DNA from: an uncultured cyanobacterium
GTDB lineage: Bacteria; Cyanobacteriota; Cyanobacteriia; PCC-6307; Cyanobiaceae
Assembly (NCBI GenBank): GCA_963697335.1
Contig: CAVONQ010000008.1
Span: forward strand, 1 to 64,000
DNA length: 64,000 bases
Direction of reading: 5' to 3'
Program-made: the position numbers and the translations under genes
Part shown: piece by piece, positions 61,762-64,000 of the stretch
How positions within the stretch are numbered: position 1 is the first letter of the stretch
Layout of the letters: the number at the start of each line of letters is the position of its first letter
The notes under the pieces: generated by a model
Databases searched by the model: none
The model's input: only the letters and a program-made list of their open reading frames with translations
Told to the model about the DNA's origin: nothing

Positions 61762-62826
61762 ATGGCCAGCAAGCGCGTCGCGGTGATCGGTGCCAGCGGT
61801 TATGGCGGCCTCCAGACCCTGCGGCTGCTGCAGGGGCATCCCGGGTTTGAGGTGAGCTTCCTGGGCGGGGAGCGCAGCAGCGGCAAACGCTGGAGCACCA
61901 TCACGCCCTTCCTTCCCCTGCCCGGTGATCCGCTGGTGCAGAGCCCCGACCCCGAGGCGATCGCTGCCGCCGCCGACTTCGCCGTGCTGAGCCTGCCGAA
62001 CGGCCTGGCCGCCCAGCTGGTGCCGCCGCTGCTGGAGCGCGGCGTGCGGGTGGTGGATCTCTCCGCCGACTACCGCTACCGCAGCCTGGAAACCTGGCAG
62101 ACGGTGTACAGCGCCGAGGCCGCGGCGGTGCCCCGTCAGGACGCCGACCTCTGTGCCGAGGCGGTCTACGGCCTGCCCGAGTGGGAGGGTCGCCGTTTGG
62201 CCACAGCCCGATTGGTGGCGGCCCCCGGCTGCTTCCCCACGGCCTCCCTGCTGGGTCTGCTGCCCCTGCTCAAGCAGGGCCTGATCGACACCAGCGGCAT
62301 CGTGATCGACGCCAAGACCGGCACCAGCGGCGGCGGCCGCGCCGCCAAGGAAAACCTGCTGCTGGCGGAGGCCGCCGAGGCGATCGCCCCCTACGGTGTG
62401 GTGGGCCACCGCCACACCAGCGAGATCGAGCAGATCGCCGGCCAGGTGGCCGGGCAACCCATCCAGCTGCAGTTCACCCCCCACCTGGTGCCGATGGTGC
62501 GCGGCCTGCTGGCCACCCTCTATGCCCGCCTGAGGGACCCCGGCCTCACCGCCGAGGACTGCCGCACGGTGCTGAGCTCCGCCTACCCGGACAGCCCCTG
62601 CGTGCAGGTGCTGCCGGTGGGCACCTACCCCTCCACCAAGTGGGTGCGCCAGACCAACCGCGCCCTGCTCTCGGTGCAGGCCGACCCGCGCACCGGCCAG
62701 CTGATCGTGATGGGGGCGATCGACAACCTGGTGAAGGGCCAGGCGGGCCAGGGCGTGCAGTGCCTCAACCTGATGGCCGGGCTGGAGGCCACCACGGGGC
62801 TGCCCTTGCTGCCCTTCTACCCCTAG
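61762..62826 (+). CDS. argC: N-acetyl-gamma-glutamyl-phosphate reductase
   Basis: GASGYGG, DLSADYR, PGCFPT, DNLVKG. Confidence 0.97.
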   Translation: MASKRVAVIGASGYGGLQTLRLLQGHPGFEVSFLGGERSSGKRWSTITPFLPLPGDPLVQSPDPEAIAAAADFAVLSLPNGLAAQLVPPLLERGVRVVDLSADYRYRSLETWQTVYSAEAAAVPRQDADLCAEAVYGLPEWEGRRLATARLVAAPGCFPTASLLGLLPLLKQGLIDTSGIVIDAKTGTSGGGRAAKENLLLAEAAEAIAPYGVVGHRHTSEIEQIAGQVAGQPIQLQFTPHLVPMVRGLLATLYARLRDPGLTAEDCRTVLSSAYPDSPCVQVLPVGTYPSTKWVRQTNRALLSVQADPRTGQLIVMGAIDNLVKGQAGQGVQCLNLMAGLEATTGLPLLPFYP

Positions 62827-63512
62827 GCCTCCAGCTCCAGGGCCCGGGCCGCCAGGGCCACCCCCAGGGGCAGGAGGCGATGCTCTAGCGGCCTGATGCG
62901 TGCCGCCAGCTGGTCACGGCTGTCGCCGGCCAGCACCGGCACGGCCGCCTGCACCAGGATCCGGCCCGCATCCACCTCCTCGCTCACCAGGTGCACCGAG
63001 CAGCCGCTGAGGGTCACGCCGGCGGCGAGGGCCTGGCCCACGGCGTCGATGCCCCGAAAGCTGGGCAGCAGGGAGGGATGGATGTTCACCAGCCGGTCCG
63101 GGAAGGCGGCGATCAGGGTGGGGGTGACGATCCGCATCCAGCCCGCCATCACCACCAGATCGGCCCGGGCCTGGCGGAAGGCGGTGATCAGGGCCGCATC
63201 CAGGGCGGCGCGGCTGGGCTGCCGCCGGTGATCGATCAACTGGCAGGGGATCCCCAGCCGTTCGGCCCGCTGCTGGGCCCCGCAGCCGGGGTTGTTCACC
63301 ACCAGCAGCGCCACGTCGGCATGCAAAGCAGGCGGCTGCCCGCGGGTGGCGTCCACCAGGGCCTCGAAGTTGCTGCCCTCCCCGGAGGCCATCACGCCGA
63401 GGCGCAAGCGCGGGGCTCCGGGGCCGGGACCGACTGGTGCCAGGGGTGGCAATGGCCACTGGATGCTCGGCCAGTGATCGCTAGGGTCAGACAAAGCGGG
63501 CCTCGGCTCCAT
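62823..63512 (-). CDS. purN: Phosphoribosylglycinamide formyltransferase (start uncertain)
   Basis: ASGEGSNF, NIHPSLLPSF, GCSVH...VDAG. Confidence 0.95.
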   Translation of the reverse strand: MEPRPALSDPSDHWPSIQWPLPPLAPVGPGPGAPRLRLGVMASGEGSNFEALVDATRGQPPALHADVALLVVNNPGCGAQQRAERLGIPCQLIDHRRQPSRAALDAALITAFRQARADLVVMAGWMRIVTPTLIAAFPDRLVNIHPSLLPSFRGIDAVGQALAAGVTLSGCSVHLVSEEVDAGRILVQAAVPVLAGDSRDQLAARIRPLEHRLLPLGVALAARALELEA

Positions 63513-63855
63513 GTCCCATCTCTCCATCCTGCCCACCCAGTTCCGCGACATCGAGGGACTGGCTGCAAGCCTTGAGGCCCTCGGGCTCACCCCCAGCTAT
63601 GGCGGGGTGCTGCGGGGTTTTGCCGATGAGCGCCAGCCCGTGGCGCTGCAGGTGAGGGTGGAGGCGGAGCTGAGCCTGGGCTGGAGCCGCCAGTCCGACG
63701 GCTGCCTGGCTCTGGTGGGCGATCTGCAGCGCCTCAGCCGCAGCCGCTCCCTGCAGGGGCTCTTGGGTCGGCTCACCCGGGCCTACGCCGCCCGGTTGGC
63801 CCTCAGGGATGCCGGGCTCCACTTCGCCGATGCCCAGGTGAGCGTCAGCACCTGA
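63511..63855 (+). CDS. DUF1257 (Ycf35-like) protein
   Basis: MSHLSILPT...LVGDLQ...LTRAYA. Confidence 0.85.
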   Translation: MSHLSILPTQFRDIEGLAASLEALGLTPSYGGVLRGFADERQPVALQVRVEAELSLGWSRQSDGCLALVGDLQRLSRSRSLQGLLGRLTRAYAARLALRDAGLHFADAQVSVST

Positions 63856-63863
63856 AGTTGCCT

Positions 63864-64000
63864 GTGTCGTCGCCTGCCCCAGCCTGCCCTCGCTTTCAGC
63901 TCGATCTCAGCCAGCCCAGCAGCCACCTGGTGGGGGTGCGGTTGCAGCACACGCCCCGAAGCCGTTACCTGCGCTTCGCGCTGCCGGCCTGGACGCCGGG
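63864..64000 (+). CDS. M61-family metallopeptidase, N-terminus only
   Basis: Manual translation ...PSSHLVGVRL...FALPAWTP, running off the window. Confidence 0.75.
   Translation, partial: MSSPAPACPRFQLDLSQPSSHLVGVRLQHTPRSRYLRFALPAWTP

Noticed and set aside
63510..63513. purN and DUF1257 starts sharing one CATG (likewise at 13738-13741)
   Set aside because: The minus-strand starts are uncertain, so this may only reflect start-codon choice.

Overview
The window looks like two unrelated genomes joined at about 11,464. Bases 1-11,463 resemble a non-cyanobacterial, Deltaproteobacteria/Binatia-like genome. This part holds an acyl-CoA dehydrogenase, a sensor-protein fragment, a HEPN/MNT toxin-antitoxin pair, an OmpR-family regulator, a MacAB-like ABC exporter operon ending in a dockerin-like EEP hydrolase, a TPR-peptidase MA protein and a 5'-truncated DUF3467 gene. 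It also has three kinds of intergenic palindromic repeat and about nine apparent frameshifts. Bases 11,464-64,000 are high-GC picocyanobacterial (Cyanobium/Synechococcus-like) core genome: recQ, purK-6S RNA, clpS, petN, cofH-like, psb29, clpP, ftsH, pyk, scpB, ilvA, dxs, psaK, csaB, bcp, rpmB, htpG, hisZ, tRNA-Ser, pstCAB, dnaK-dnaJ, murQ, mtnP, ribBA, argC and purN. A 2,515-bp tandem duplication (39427-44456) may be an assembly artefact. The most interesting signal is in the accessory stretch at 44.7-47.75 kb. Two paralogous small ORFs there are each preceded, at nearly the same spacing, by a cyanobacterial LexA-type box. One ORF carries a sliding-clamp-motif-like QGELF near its C-terminus and the other lies directly upstream of htpG, which suggests a little-described SOS-regulated small-protein family. 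All family assignments come from motif recognition, not database searches.
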